Below are positions 27,365 through 38,044 of a stretch of 64,000 nucleotides of DNA, piece after piece. Each line of letters begins with the position of its first letter. The first letter of the stretch is position 1. This stretch comes from an uncultured cyanobacterium. GTDB taxonomy: Bacteria > Cyanobacteriota > Cyanobacteriia > Cyanobacteriales > CAWUOF01. The DNA lies in NCBI GenBank assembly GCA_963744145.1, contig CAVUSO010000001.1, positions 2,062,831 through 2,126,830 of the forward strand, written 5' to 3'. The position numbers and the translations under genes were made by a program. The notes under the pieces are model-generated. The model saw nothing but the letters and a program-made list of their open reading frames with translations, ran no database searches and had not been told where the DNA came from.

Positions 27365-28699
27365 TTAACTTGTCGGTTTCCAAATTAATTTACCATTTCG
27401 ATCAACATAACCCCATTTATAATCTATTTCCGGAATTACTAGTTGAAAATTAGGAGCGGTTTTGGGACTTTTTACTTCCGTATTCTCGACCTCAATTAAT
27501 CCACCTTCGATATAACTAATATGACTAAACTGAGGAGGAATAATAATTTTACCGTCCCGGTTAATAAAACCGATCTTTTGATTAACTTCGATCGCAGCAA
27601 TTCCGTTAATGAACCGACCAGCACTATTAACTGACAGATTAGCAATCACGATTTTACCAGTTTGATCAATATAATTCCATTGATTGCCGATTTTGACTGC
27701 GGCTAAACCTTCACTAAAATATGTATAGTCATTAAATTGTGGTTTAATTATAATCTGACCTTGTTTATTTACATACCCCCACTTACCACCTATTTTCACA
27801 GGTGCGATTTCTTCAACTAAATATGTGGTTTGAGTGAATATAGGTAAACTGACTAAGTTTCCAGTTTTGTCAATCAATCCATACTTATCCCCAATTTTTA
27901 CAGGTGCTATTCCTTGGTAAAAAGAATTAGCGTCATCAAACTGAGGAGGAATAACTATTTTTCCACTTTGATCAATATAACCCCATTTTTGATTAATTTC
28001 CACTGCTGCTAGTCCCTCACTAAAATCGTGATCGCTAGAACCAAAAATATCATCTCCATGGATAGGAAATTGGATCGGGATGACTAGCTTTCCTTGGGAA
28101 TTAATAAAACCATACTTATCCCCAATTTCGATCCGAGCCATCTGTTCACTAAAATAATAAAGATGATCACAATGGGGCAATTCTATAATTTTTCCTGTAT
28201 GATCAACTAATGCGCGATTTTGAGCAAGTCTTACTTGTGCTAATCCTGATTGAAAATCACTAGCTAGATCGAATTCTATGGGGATAACTATGTGACCATT
28301 TTTGTCGATAAATCCGTATTTTGATCCAATTCTGATTCTTCCTAATCCCTCTTGAAAACTATATGCTTCATCAAACTGGGGAGTAATCACTATGTTTCCG
28401 GATCTGTTGATATACCCATACTTTTTATCCACTTTTATTGCTGCTAATCCTGCGGAAAAGCGAGAAGCTTCCTGAAAATTTGGTGGGATAATAATTTTAC
28501 CAGTAGAATCAATATAACCATATTTTCCCTGTTGCTTAATCAGTAATAGTAAAGGATCTGTTTGGTTGTTTTCCCTTAGTAACAGAGACTGCTCAGGTTT
28601 TGCTAAAAGGGACTGCGATCGCAGATCAATTAGAGATATTGCACAAACAACAGCAATTCCTACACCTACCAAGATTTTGAGGTTTAATTTGCGCTTCAT
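27365..28699 (-). CDS. Secreted KWG repeat protein, paralogue 2 of 3
   Basis: Same repeat architecture. An N-terminal TM/signal segment is present. Length 444 aa. Confidence 0.7.
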   Translation of the reverse strand: MKRKLNLKILVGVGIAVVCAISLIDLRSQSLLAKPEQSLLLRENNQTDPLLLLIKQQGKYGYIDSTGKIIIPPNFQEASRFSAGLAAIKVDKKYGYINRSGNIVITPQFDEAYSFQEGLGRIRIGSKYGFIDKNGHIVIPIEFDLASDFQSGLAQVRLAQNRALVDHTGKIIELPHCDHLYYFSEQMARIEIGDKYGFINSQGKLVIPIQFPIHGDDIFGSSDHDFSEGLAAVEINQKWGYIDQSGKIVIPPQFDDANSFYQGIAPVKIGDKYGLIDKTGNLVSLPIFTQTTYLVEEIAPVKIGGKWGYVNKQGQIIIKPQFNDYTYFSEGLAAVKIGNQWNYIDQTGKIVIANLSVNSAGRFINGIAAIEVNQKIGFINRDGKIIIPPQFSHISYIEGGLIEVENTEVKSPKTAPNFQLVIPEIDYKWGYVDRNGKLIWKPTS

Positions 28700-28762
28700 A
28701 TTCCACCAGTAGAGTGATTTTTTCTAACTTAGCTCAAAAAATAGAAACTGCCAATATGTTCA

Positions 28763-29842
28763 TTACTCCTTGGGTACAAGAAAGACTATTTTTCCAGATT
28801 TATCAATAAATCCAGCTTGATCATAATTAATAACTACAGCTGCTAATCCTTCTGAAAAATCTTCTGCGTAATCAAACTGAGCGGGAATTATGAGCTTACC
28901 CGTTTGATCAATATATCCCCATTTTGAATTGATTCTTACTGCTGACAATCCTTCATGGAAATCATGAGCAAAGCCAAAATTAGATGGGATTACTAATTTT
29001 CCATTGTGATCAAAAAAACCATACATTTCATCGTCAATTCTTACCCATGCTCGGTGTTCATGGAAGTTTCCGACCACAGCATACTTAGCAGGAATAACCA
29101 TTTTTCCGGTTTGATCTATATAACCAAATTGATCACCAACTTTTACAGCTGCTAATCCTTCTTTAAAAGGAGCAGCTAAATCAAATTGTAGGGGAATGAC
29201 AAGACGACCTGTTTGATCAATATAACCACTTTTACCACGACTATAGATTACTGCTAAACCTTCGGAAAAATTATCAGCATCACTAACATATAAAGAGATG
29301 ACAATTTTGCCAGTTTTGTCAATATATTTAATCTTAGTACCAATCTCTACTTTTGCTAGTCCCTCAGAAAAATAATCTGCTCGATCAAATTGAGGTGCGA
29401 TCGCAATTTTTCCTTGCTGATTCAAATATGCCCATTTGTTATTAATTGTGACTAATACTAATCCTTCGTGGAAAGTTGCAGCAAAATCAAAATTTGGAGG
29501 AATGACAAACTTTCCCGCTCGATTAATATAGCCAATCTTATTATTTATTTGCACCCGCGCTAATCCATCAATAAACGCTCCTGCATTTTCAAATTGTGGT
29601 TGAATGACAATTTTGCCAGTTTTGTCTACATAACCCAATTGATTACCGATCTGGATTGCTACCAATTCCTCGGAAAATCCTTGATTAATCTCCACCTCTG
29701 ACTTGTTTCTATTTGAGATTTGAGCTAACTCTAGAGTCTGATTTGCTGCAATAATTTGATTTGGATAAAGCGCGATCGCTAATCCCCAACTAAGGAGATA
29801 AAGAAAAAAAATAATAGACCTGTTCATTAATGGTAAATTCAA
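28763..29842 (-). CDS. Secreted KWG repeat protein, paralogue 1 of 3
   Basis: Same repeat architecture. Signal peptide MNRSIIFFLYLLSWGLAIALYPNQIIAA. Confidence 0.7.
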   Translation of the reverse strand: MNLPLMNRSIIFFLYLLSWGLAIALYPNQIIAANQTLELAQISNRNKSEVEINQGFSEELVAIQIGNQLGYVDKTGKIVIQPQFENAGAFIDGLARVQINNKIGYINRAGKFVIPPNFDFAATFHEGLVLVTINNKWAYLNQQGKIAIAPQFDRADYFSEGLAKVEIGTKIKYIDKTGKIVISLYVSDADNFSEGLAVIYSRGKSGYIDQTGRLVIPLQFDLAAPFKEGLAAVKVGDQFGYIDQTGKMVIPAKYAVVGNFHEHRAWVRIDDEMYGFFDHNGKLVIPSNFGFAHDFHEGLSAVRINSKWGYIDQTGKLIIPAQFDYAEDFSEGLAAVVINYDQAGFIDKSGKIVFLVPKE

Positions 29843-29902
29843 AACAAGATGTTCAAATTTTAAATAATCAGCCCAATTTTCTCAAAATAAATGCGATCGC
29901 GA

Positions 29903-30253
29903 TCAATTTTCTTGTCTCCCAAATAAATGTTCTAATATGCGTTGATTTTCAGTACGAATACCTTTAATTTCGTTCATAATAACTTCAAAATTGCGTTGAC
30001 TTACTTCGTGATTTTGCTGATGGATTTCTACTAACTGCACTAAGGAGTTAACTGTCTTACGCAGTTCCGATATAGCAGCTCTTTCTGTTTGGATTTCTGA
30101 GCGCAATTCAGCGATCGCTGCTGAATTAGCTTGGATTTGGGCTGAATTAGCTTGGATTTGGGCTGAATTAGCTTGGATTTGAGCTGAATTAGCTTGAATT
30201 TGTTCTGCATTGGCTGCTATAATAGCTTCGATTCTGTCTAATCTTTCTGTCAT
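29903..30253 (-). CDS. Coiled-coil protein with 5 tandem heptads (ANSAQIQ) encoded by a 21-bp tandem DNA repeat
   Basis: DNA 30115-30200 is gctgaattagcttggatttgg repeated about 4 times. The protein is predicted to be all-helical. Confidence 0.5.
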   Translation of the reverse strand: MTERLDRIEAIIAANAEQIQANSAQIQANSAQIQANSAQIQANSAAIAELRSEIQTERAAISELRKTVNSLVQLVEIHQQNHEVSQRNFEVIMNEIKGIRTENQRILEHLFGRQEN

Positions 30254-30408
30254 GGTAATTTATCCTTTTTTATTTTCTATCTAGTCTGATTAACCTATTA
30301 TAGCTAAAAATCATTTGAAATGACCACTATTTTTAGCAATTGGGCAAGATGTAGTGATCATCAAATTCAGCACAAGTCCAGCGAACAAATAGGTACAGTT
30401 CGATTTGA

Positions 30409-32193
30409 TCATAAGCGATCGCGAAAGTATTGAGCATATAAATAACATCTTGGAGTGCAATCATTACCTTGCAATTTTACTAAACCCATGCTATTTAACT
30501 TAAATGCTAGAGTTGAGGGTAATCGCACTGGTAGATTGACAGTTACCACCTGTTGCATCGCTGATTTTAACTCTGGATATCTTTCTAAATTCCACAAATG
30601 ACGACGTAAATGATCGCTATAAATTCCGGTTTCTGTCGTAGCATCTTGAAGCAATTGATTGAGGGTGATATCTTGTTGGGCGATCGCATACATTGCTAAC
30701 CGTAATAAGTAGGGATGTCCTCCAACTAAATTCATGATTTGCTCTACATCATTAGGATGCCAATTCAATTGATAACATTCAGCTAATTTTTCCACTTGCT
30801 GGGGACTAAATTCAGTTAATTCTATTGGTAAACCAACATTAAAAGGTGACTTATTTACATCTAAGGGGATATAAACTTCGGTGGAGTGAACTACTACTAA
30901 ACGAAAATTTTTCCAAATATTACGACGTTTAGATTCTTCATGGAGAGAACGCAATAAGCCAAAAAAATCATCTGCAATTTCGGGGGATTCAAAAAGGCGA
31001 TCGACTTCATCTAATCCTAGTGTTAAAGGTTGAGATATTTCTGGTAATAAATATTCCTCAAAGTAAGCTTTACAGCTTTGATTGCTACCGATGATTTCGG
31101 CTAAATCTGCATATTTGGCTAGTTGCGATCGGTCTAATAAACCCAATTCTAAACTAACATTAGCGCAAAACCACTGTAAAAAAGCATCTGAATTGGTAAA
31201 AACCCGTTGATTAGCTAATTGAAAACTCAAAGCAACAGTTTTCAATCCTTGACTTTCTGCATAATGAATAATTCTAGCCATTAAGGAAGTTTTGCCCATC
31301 TGTCTCGGTGCTTTAATCCGAATTAGGGCTCCTGGTTGCATAATTCTTTCATAACACCTAGTTTCTATCGGGGGGCGATCGATATAAAAACGAGAGTCTA
31401 AATTTACTTGTCCTTCCGGTAATTCTGGTGCTGAAGTAGGCAAAGGATGATAATATTTAGTTACTGTTTCTTTGAAAGTTTTATTGGTAGTAATAATATT
31501 ATCCCACGCGATCGCTAACTCCTGATCATGACTTAATGTAGTGCGTTTTTCCTTAATGATATTAATAATTTTGGTAATTAAAATATCTATATTATTACCA
31601 CAGTTCCAACACCAAGGCTGAATTTCCTGTAAATATCCTAGTAAATCAAAGGAAATTTCATATTTCCAGGGCAAATTTAGACAAATTGGTAAAATTGCTG
31701 GTTTTTGCGGAGTAGTATGGTGTAACTCCCTCACTAAACGCACTTGTTCTGAGATCATTTCACTGATCCCTGTAGTCTCCGATAGCAGTAGCAAAAAATA
31801 ATCTGACTGTTTTAAATATAAGTCGGTCGGAATATGACTATTATTCACAAAAATTTCATAACCTGCTGCTTGTAAATGTTGTTGTAGCTGAAACGCGAGC
31901 AGAGCATCTGAGTGACAATAACTAAGCCAAATTTTGGTAATTATATTTGTCGTTGTTTCCGAGACAGATTTATCATCGAAATCAGCAATATCACGCCATT
32001 CTAGCCCTAAGATCCGACAAATTTCGAGGAAATTGGCAAAATCTACAGGTTTACCATTGAGAAAATTGCTGACCGTAGATTGGGCGATCGCTAAATTTTC
32101 CGCGAGAATTTTCTGACTGGGAAAACCATGTCGTAACAGAGAGGACTTGATTTTTGCGGTGTACTCTGGACGCACCTTTAGGGATCTGGACAT
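30409..32193 (-). CDS. HTH (XRE-like) - TIR-like domain - AAA_35-type P-loop NTPase protein (594 aa)
   Basis: The N-terminus LAENLAIAQSTVSNFLNGK is a helix-turn-helix. KIWLSYCHSDALLAFQLQQHLQAAGYEIFVN…DYFLLLLSE fits the TIR/TIR_2 core (flavodoxin-like βα start xFISYxxxD…L…G…vFxD). IRIKAPRQMGKTSLMARI is the Walker A of the cyanobacterial 'AAA-like' (PF14516-type) domain, and LTLGLDEVD is the Walker B. The C-terminal ~200 aa is helical. Confidence 0.6.
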   Translation of the reverse strand: MSRSLKVRPEYTAKIKSSLLRHGFPSQKILAENLAIAQSTVSNFLNGKPVDFANFLEICRILGLEWRDIADFDDKSVSETTTNIITKIWLSYCHSDALLAFQLQQHLQAAGYEIFVNNSHIPTDLYLKQSDYFLLLLSETTGISEMISEQVRLVRELHHTTPQKPAILPICLNLPWKYEISFDLLGYLQEIQPWCWNCGNNIDILITKIINIIKEKRTTLSHDQELAIAWDNIITTNKTFKETVTKYYHPLPTSAPELPEGQVNLDSRFYIDRPPIETRCYERIMQPGALIRIKAPRQMGKTSLMARIIHYAESQGLKTVALSFQLANQRVFTNSDAFLQWFCANVSLELGLLDRSQLAKYADLAEIIGSNQSCKAYFEEYLLPEISQPLTLGLDEVDRLFESPEIADDFFGLLRSLHEESKRRNIWKNFRLVVVHSTEVYIPLDVNKSPFNVGLPIELTEFSPQQVEKLAECYQLNWHPNDVEQIMNLVGGHPYLLRLAMYAIAQQDITLNQLLQDATTETGIYSDHLRRHLWNLERYPELKSAMQQVVTVNLPVRLPSTLAFKLNSMGLVKLQGNDCTPRCYLYAQYFRDRL

Positions 32194-32347
32194 TGGTCAT
32201 AAGGATGAGGACTCTCAAATCATTGTAAATGCTATTTCTGCAAAAGTCGATGAGTTTTCAAATAACTCAGTTAAGAACTCAAATAGCTATGTGGATTAAT
32301 AGAGATTAACCAGCAAATACCTAAAGGTTTTTTATCCAGAGGTTAAC

Positions 32348-32863
32348 ATGATATTTTCACCTAATTTGGTACTAGTCCAAATGAATATGTATTATATCCC
32401 TACTTTGCCTACATTTGGATTTTGTTTCCTAGCTGGAGTGATTTTGATTGGAATTGAGTTTTTTTTTACTAAAAGTTTGGGTAAAAAATATCAATTCATA
32501 TTTTTGTTGATGGGAATTAATGCCTTAATCATGGGATTTTATACTTTCAGAGGAAACATTTACGATCGGGCAATAAGTTGGCTGATCATCTATTGGATGG
32601 GGTTATCTTTTGCTACCATACTTTGGATTCGTCCGATATTATTACTAAAAGGTAAAAGAAATGTTGTTCAAGACGCAACTGAAGCTCAAACTATTGGCGA
32701 AATTTCATCGGGAAAAATTGGCAAAGTCATCTATGAAGGTTGTGTCTGGCAAGCTCGATGTGAGGATAAAACCATCACTATTTTACCTAACCAAACAGTT
32801 TATGTAATGCGACGGGAAGGTAATATTTTAATTGTTGTTCCAGTCGATTTATTTCAAATGTAG
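32348..32863 (+). CDS. NfeD-like membrane protein (short form), paralogue 1
   Basis: Three N-terminal TM helices plus a C-terminal OB-fold region (GKIGKVIYEGCVWQARCEDKTITILPNQTVYVMRREGNILIVVP), as in NfeD partners of SPFH proteins. Confidence 0.6.
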   Translation: MIFSPNLVLVQMNMYYIPTLPTFGFCFLAGVILIGIEFFFTKSLGKKYQFIFLLMGINALIMGFYTFRGNIYDRAISWLIIYWMGLSFATILWIRPILLLKGKRNVVQDATEAQTIGEISSGKIGKVIYEGCVWQARCEDKTITILPNQTVYVMRREGNILIVVPVDLFQM

Positions 32864-32866
32864 ACA

Positions 32867-33418
32867 GTGAACAATTTACTCGAACAGTATTTGATGTTGT
32901 TAATCGCTCTGGTCAATATGAACTCATTTTTTGTCTTTACTCCTCCTTGGTTTTGGCTAACAGTTGGGATTATTCTCTGTTCGTTAGAGCTATTTTTACC
33001 CAAAAATATTGCCACAAAATATCGCTTTATTGCCGTAATTATGGGGGTGAGTGCTTTGATAGTTTCCTTGATTTTGTGGCGATCGGCAATAATTCTAGGT
33101 TTTGGTTGGGAATATTCTATGTATGAAGGTTTTGAGTTTCAAATTATGTACTGGATGGGATTATCTCTGACTGGTGCTATTTGGATTCGTCCCATGTTTA
33201 TTAAGCGGAAAAAAGTTGAAATTCCGGAAGCAATAGATGCCCAAACTATTACAGAAATTGAAGCTGGAAAAAAAGGAAGAGTAATTTATGAAGGATGTTA
33301 TTGGTTAGCTTGCTGTGAAGATAAAACGATCGCGATCGCCCCCCATCAAAAAGTTTGCGTTTTGCGACGAGAAGGAAACACCTTAATTGTCGTACCAGAA
33401 GATTTGTTTCAAGTCTAG
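32867..33418 (+). CDS. NfeD-like membrane protein, paralogue 2
   Basis: Same architecture. GKKGRVIYEGCYWLACCEDKTIAIAPHQKVCVLRREGNTLIVVP. It starts 4 nt after paralogue 1. Confidence 0.6.
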   Translation: MNNLLEQYLMLLIALVNMNSFFVFTPPWFWLTVGIILCSLELFLPKNIATKYRFIAVIMGVSALIVSLILWRSAIILGFGWEYSMYEGFEFQIMYWMGLSLTGAIWIRPMFIKRKKVEIPEAIDAQTITEIEAGKKGRVIYEGCYWLACCEDKTIAIAPHQKVCVLRREGNTLIVVPEDLFQV

Positions 33419-33456
33419 TTGATCACTTTTATTACCAAAAGATTAGGAGGTTTATC

Positions 33457-33990
33457 ATGGACCAATTTTTATTAATGGTATTTATCGCCATTACTGGAAC
33501 TGCAACTCTAGGTAATAGCATTAAAATCATCAAACAAGGTGATGGTGCTTTAGTGGAAATGCTGGGTAAATATGAAGGGAAAAAGCTGCAACCTGGTTTA
33601 ACTTTTCTGATTCCTTTTATCGAACAGGTAGCTTATAAACAAACTCTCCGGGAACAAATTTTAGAAATTCCTCCCAAACCATGCACCACTGCGGACAAAT
33701 TTTCTGTTACTGTTGATTTTGTCATTTATTGGCGCATTACAGATATCGAAAAATCCTTTTATAAGGTACAAGATCTAAAAGCAGCGATGATGAATTTGTT
33801 GGTAACTTTGATTCGCACGGAAATGGCTAAATTGAAATTAGAGGATATTTTTACAGCAAGGGATGAAATCAATGAGGTAATGATCGACCAGTTAGATATT
33901 GCGACAGAACCTTGGGGAATTAAGGTAACAAGGGTGGAGTTGCGTGATTTTACGATCGGTAATAAAGTAGCTTTAGTCAAGCAGTCTTAG
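33457..33990 (+). CDS. SPFH / band-7 (stomatin/prohibitin-like) domain protein
   Basis: An ATG at 33457 preceded by AGGAGG. N-terminal TM segment. IKIIKQGDGALVEMLGKYEGKKLQPGLTFLIPFIEQV…VTVDFVIYWRITD matches the SPFH domain start. The predicted protein is short (177 aa) for the family. Confidence 0.55.
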   Translation: MDQFLLMVFIAITGTATLGNSIKIIKQGDGALVEMLGKYEGKKLQPGLTFLIPFIEQVAYKQTLREQILEIPPKPCTTADKFSVTVDFVIYWRITDIEKSFYKVQDLKAAMMNLLVTLIRTEMAKLKLEDIFTARDEINEVMIDQLDIATEPWGIKVTRVELRDFTIGNKVALVKQS

Positions 33991-34090
33991 TTGACTCGAT
34001 TAGATTTACACAATTACCATCATGAGGGCGTATATGCTACGCCCTATTTACTTAAACATGATAAAATAATAATTAAACAAGGATTAATTT

Positions 34091-36721
34091 ATGGAAAAAT
34101 CCTATCAATATCAAGTTGGTGGAAGTTTACCGGAAAATGCACCGACTTATGTAGTAAGACAAGCTGACTTTGAGTTATTCGAGTACCTGAAAGCAGGAGA
34201 GTTTTGCTATGTCCTAAATTCCCGACAAATGGGAAAATCTAGTTTGCTAGTTCGCACTATGCAAAGGTTAATTGCTGCGGGAATTTCCTGTGCTAGTATC
34301 GATATTTCGGATCTCGGTAGTAAACAAATTTCTTTAGACCAATGGTATGGTGGTGTTGCTTATAAACTGGTGAGTAGTTTTAATATCTGTGATACTGTTG
34401 AGTTTATGAATTGGTGGCGATCGCGAGAATTAATTTCTCCGGTGCAGCGTTTAAGTGATTTAATCGAAAATTTGCTTCTCACCAGACTTGCAGGAAAATT
34501 GGTAATTTTTATTGATGAAATTGATAGTGTTTTAAGTTTTAATTATTGTCTGGATGATTTTTTTGCTTTAATTCGTGCTTGCTATAATAAACGCGCTCAA
34601 AATTTAGAATATAATCGATTAACTTTTGCCCTTCTCGGAGTTGCTACACCATCAGATTTAATCGCTGATCATACCAGAACACCGTTTAATATTGGTAGAG
34701 CGATTTCTCTGAATGGTTTTAGTTTAGCAGAAGCTCAACCCTTAGCTCATGGATTAGCAGCAAAAGTAGAAAATTCTCAACAAGTTCTCGCAGATATTTT
34801 AATTTGGACAGGAGGACAGCCATTTTTAACCCAAAAACTATGTCAAATTATTCTCCATACTTCGATTTCTGATCAGCAAGATTGGTTAGAGCATTTAGTC
34901 CGATCGCATATTATTGAAAATTGGGAATATCAAGATGAACCAGTCCACATTAAAACCGTGCGTGATCGTCTCCTCAGAAATCAACAAAGGGCAAGTAAAT
35001 TACTGGGAATCTATCAAAAAATCTTACAAGATAGTAAAATAATTGCTGACGATAGCCCCGAACAAATCGAATTACAGCTATCAGGTTTAGTCGTTAAATG
35101 TCAAGGTTATTTACGGGTTAATAACCTGATATATGCGTCTATTTTTAATCAAAATTGGGTGGAAAAATCTCTGTTTGATCTGCGCCCTTATGCTGAAGTA
35201 TTAGCAGCTTGGTTAGCTTCCCAATGTCAGGATGAATCGCGATTATTACGTGGAAAAGCTTTGCAAGATGCCAGGGAATGGGCTAATCATAAAAGTTTGA
35301 GTACCCCAGATTATCAATTTTTAACTGCTAGTCAAGAATATGAATTAGCTGAATTCCGCAAAAAAGAACAACAAACCCAAATTGAAATTACTCGACTTTC
35401 CCAGGAAAAAGAATTATTAGAAAAATTAAACCAAGAACAAGAACAACGTAAATTAATAGAAAAACAACTCCGACAGGAACGGATGCTTAAAGCTGAAATA
35501 ATGGTGAGATTATCTGCTGCTTTAATCGCGATTATAGCTTTTCTGATCGGTACATTCTGGGTGAAATCATCCATTGATGATAACCGAGAAAAAATTATCT
35601 CTATCAGTTTATTTTCTGAAGCCCTATTTGAAGAAGGTAGACCCCTAGATGCCCTCAGAGAAAGTATTAAAGCTGGAATAGAATTAAAAAAATCCTTGGA
35701 TATAGATGCTGCTACTCAGATGCGGGCTTTAATGGCATTAAACCAAGCAGTTTATAGCTTTCAAGAACGAGAAAAATTGCTGGGATATACCAGTAAAGTT
35801 ACTTTTGTAAATTTCAGTCCTGATAGTCAGATCATTGCTACTGCGAATACAGATAAAACTATCAAACTTTGGCAAAAAAATGGTAAATTTCTCTCAGTTT
35901 TAGCAGGGCATGACGCTACTATTTACAGTTTGAGTTTTAGTCCAAATGGTCAGATGATCGCTTCCGCAAGTGCAGATAAAACCGTCAAACTTTGGCAGCA
36001 GAGTGGCAAATTGATTACCACTTTAAAAGGACATACTGCTGCTATTTATAGTGTTATTTTTAGCCCTAATGGTAAGTTAATTGCATCTGCTAGTGGTGAT
36101 GGAACTGTAAAAATTTGGCAACTTAATGGTAAGTTAGTTACTACTTTAAAAGATAATGATGCTCCAATTTATAGTATTAGTTTTAGTCCGGATGGTCAAA
36201 AAATTGCATCTGCTAGTGGTGATGGAACTGTAAAAATTTGGCAGTCTGATGGGAAGTTTCTTCAGATTTTAAATGAACATAATGCTGCGGTGTTAAGTGT
36301 TAGTTATAGTCCAGATGGAACTATGCTTGCTTCTGCTAGTGCTGATGGTACGGTCAGACTTTGGGAGTCAAATGGTAAACGCTTAAGTATTTTTCGACAT
36401 AAAAGTAGAGTAAATAGTATTAGTTTTAGTTCGGATAATCAGATCATTGCTTCTGCTAGTGCTGATAAAATGGTTAGATTGTGGCACCGCGATGGGACGC
36501 TAATCAAAACTTTAAAAGTTCATCAAGATCAGGTTTTAAGTGTAAATTTTAGTCTAGATGGTATGATGTTGGGTTCAGTAAGTTCTGATGGAAATGTCAT
36601 TCTTTGGAATTTACAACTTGAAGATTTGTTGAAAGCAGCTTGTCAAATTATAGGCGATCGCGATCATATTTCCCAGGTCGATCAAAATGACCTACATCTG
36701 TGCGACGGTGTTTTTAGATAG
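34091..36721 (+). CDS. AAA_35-type NTPase - coiled coil - TM helix - 8x WD40 repeat protein (876 aa)
   Basis: [22 protein letters not shown] is the same NTPase family as the TIR protein. [10 protein letters not shown] is Walker [19 protein letters not shown] coiled coil follows. The TM segment is [18 protein letters not shown]. Eight repeats of …ASASxDxTVKLW… (WD40) are present. Confidence 0.7.
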   Translation: MEKSYQYQVGGSLPENAPTYVVRQADFELFEYLKAGEFCYVLNSRQMGKSSLLVRTMQRLIAAGISCASIDISDLGSKQISLDQWYGGVAYKLVSSFNICDTVEFMNWWRSRELISPVQRLSDLIENLLLTRLAGKLVIFIDEIDSVLSFNYCLDDFFALIRACYNKRAQNLEYNRLTFALLGVATPSDLIADHTRTPFNIGRAISLNGFSLAEAQPLAHGLAAKVENSQQVLADILIWTGGQPFLTQKLCQIILHTSISDQQDWLEHLVRSHIIENWEYQDEPVHIKTVRDRLLRNQQRASKLLGIYQKILQDSKIIADDSPEQIELQLSGLVVKCQGYLRVNNLIYASIFNQNWVEKSLFDLRPYAEVLAAWLASQCQDESRLLRGKALQDAREWANHKSLSTPDYQFLTASQEYELAEFRKKEQQTQIEITRLSQEKELLEKLNQEQEQRKLIEKQLRQERMLKAEIMVRLSAALIAIIAFLIGTFWVKSSIDDNREKIISISLFSEALFEEGRPLDALRESIKAGIELKKSLDIDAATQMRALMALNQAVYSFQEREKLLGYTSKVTFVNFSPDSQIIATANTDKTIKLWQKNGKFLSVLAGHDATIYSLSFSPNGQMIASASADKTVKLWQQSGKLITTLKGHTAAIYSVIFSPNGKLIASASGDGTVKIWQLNGKLVTTLKDNDAPIYSISFSPDGQKIASASGDGTVKIWQSDGKFLQILNEHNAAVLSVSYSPDGTMLASASADGTVRLWESNGKRLSIFRHKSRVNSISFSSDNQIIASASADKMVRLWHRDGTLIKTLKVHQDQVLSVNFSLDGMMLGSVSSDGNVILWNLQLEDLLKAACQIIGDRDHISQVDQNDLHLCDGVFR

Positions 36722-36916
36722 CATTAATACTCCTAATTTTTACCAGTAGGTGGTCTGAGCAGTCCTGGGGCGATCGCACCTAAAATCTCGAAAAAATGAT
36801 TATGCTAGTTTAAGATGTAGAATGGACTGGGAAACTCTTTTGGCAAATATTTCGTCTCAAGCCAAGGAGACTAGCGAAAACATGGCTGATTTAATTAAGT
36901 AGGAATATGTTTATTT

Positions 36917-37468
36917 ATGCGTTTAGCCTTTTTATTCCATGGAAAGACAATTGCTTTGGCTGTTACTGTGAGCCTTTTACTGGGAACGACTAATGCGTTT
37001 GCAGCAGAAACTGTAGTCCTCAAGTATGGCATATTCAGGGAATCAATATCAGTGAAGGAACTAACTACCTTTGGGGAAACTGGTGAAGTTTCTGATTCCC
37101 TAAAAGACTATTTTAATAAGTCTAAGCAAAATCCTGAAGCTATCCGTAATGCTTTAACCCAACCAATCCCAGCCAAAGTAACATTTTTAGACCGAACACT
37201 CAATAGTCGTCTCGGTGAGATTGTTCTCGATGACCTGAGTAAATTTGTTCATACTCCCTCTGGACAAGCTGACCGACAAGCATTACGAGCATCTCTGGTA
37301 CTCTCTGCTAGTAAAAGTAACCAGGTGAGTTTAATCTCAGCTATTCAAAATTATCCTACCAAAGAGGTTGAAGTTGAAGGTAAGCAAATACTTAATGCTT
37401 ATCACCGACTTCACACCCTTGGAGAACGCTTACAGGACTTGTTCGATCAGGTTGGTCAATGGTTTTGA
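36917..37468 (+). CDS. Secreted hypothetical protein (signal peptide), possibly DUF1400-like
   Basis: Signal peptide MRLAFLFHGKTIALAVTVSLLLGTTNAFA. The remainder has no catalytic motif. Confidence 0.35.
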   Translation: MRLAFLFHGKTIALAVTVSLLLGTTNAFAAETVVLKYGIFRESISVKELTTFGETGEVSDSLKDYFNKSKQNPEAIRNALTQPIPAKVTFLDRTLNSRLGEIVLDDLSKFVHTPSGQADRQALRASLVLSASKSNQVSLISAIQNYPTKEVEVEGKQILNAYHRLHTLGERLQDLFDQVGQWF

Positions 37469-38044
37469 CTTTTTTTAGTAAGCTAATGTTTCTAAGGTTT
37501 CTCGCAGATATAGACTGACTTGATGATCGAGACTAAACTCCTCGGTCCTATGCTTAGGATCTTGTTCTAATTGCCAGCGCTGAAATCCAGAAGTATTTGT
37601 GATCGTCTTTTTTAAGCTATCCCAAATCTGAGAGTCTGTTGCAGATTCATTTAACGATATCATTGGTTCTGCTGGTAAAACTGAAGGAACGCTGGTCATA
37701 AATTACCTCGGCTAATAAATTAAGAAGATCGAAAACTTTTTTTGACTACCTCTAAGCTTAACTACTTATATGTTTTCAATTAGTTAAGCTGATGTGGGCC
37801 TCAGTATTTGCTCTGCTACCTCGATTTTTTTTAAAATTTTACTCTCCTCTATGGATATATCATATCTTTACTGATTTTGGCAAGGTTCTTTTAGTTGTCA
37901 TATTATAGGAAATAGCAGATCAACTTGATTTTGGTTGGTATTCTTTACTACAAATTGCCAGAATATTACCGAAAATTTTCAACGGAGGGTGCCAAATATT
38001 CAAAAATTCGGTACAATAACTTTATCTGATTCGGTGATCTAATT

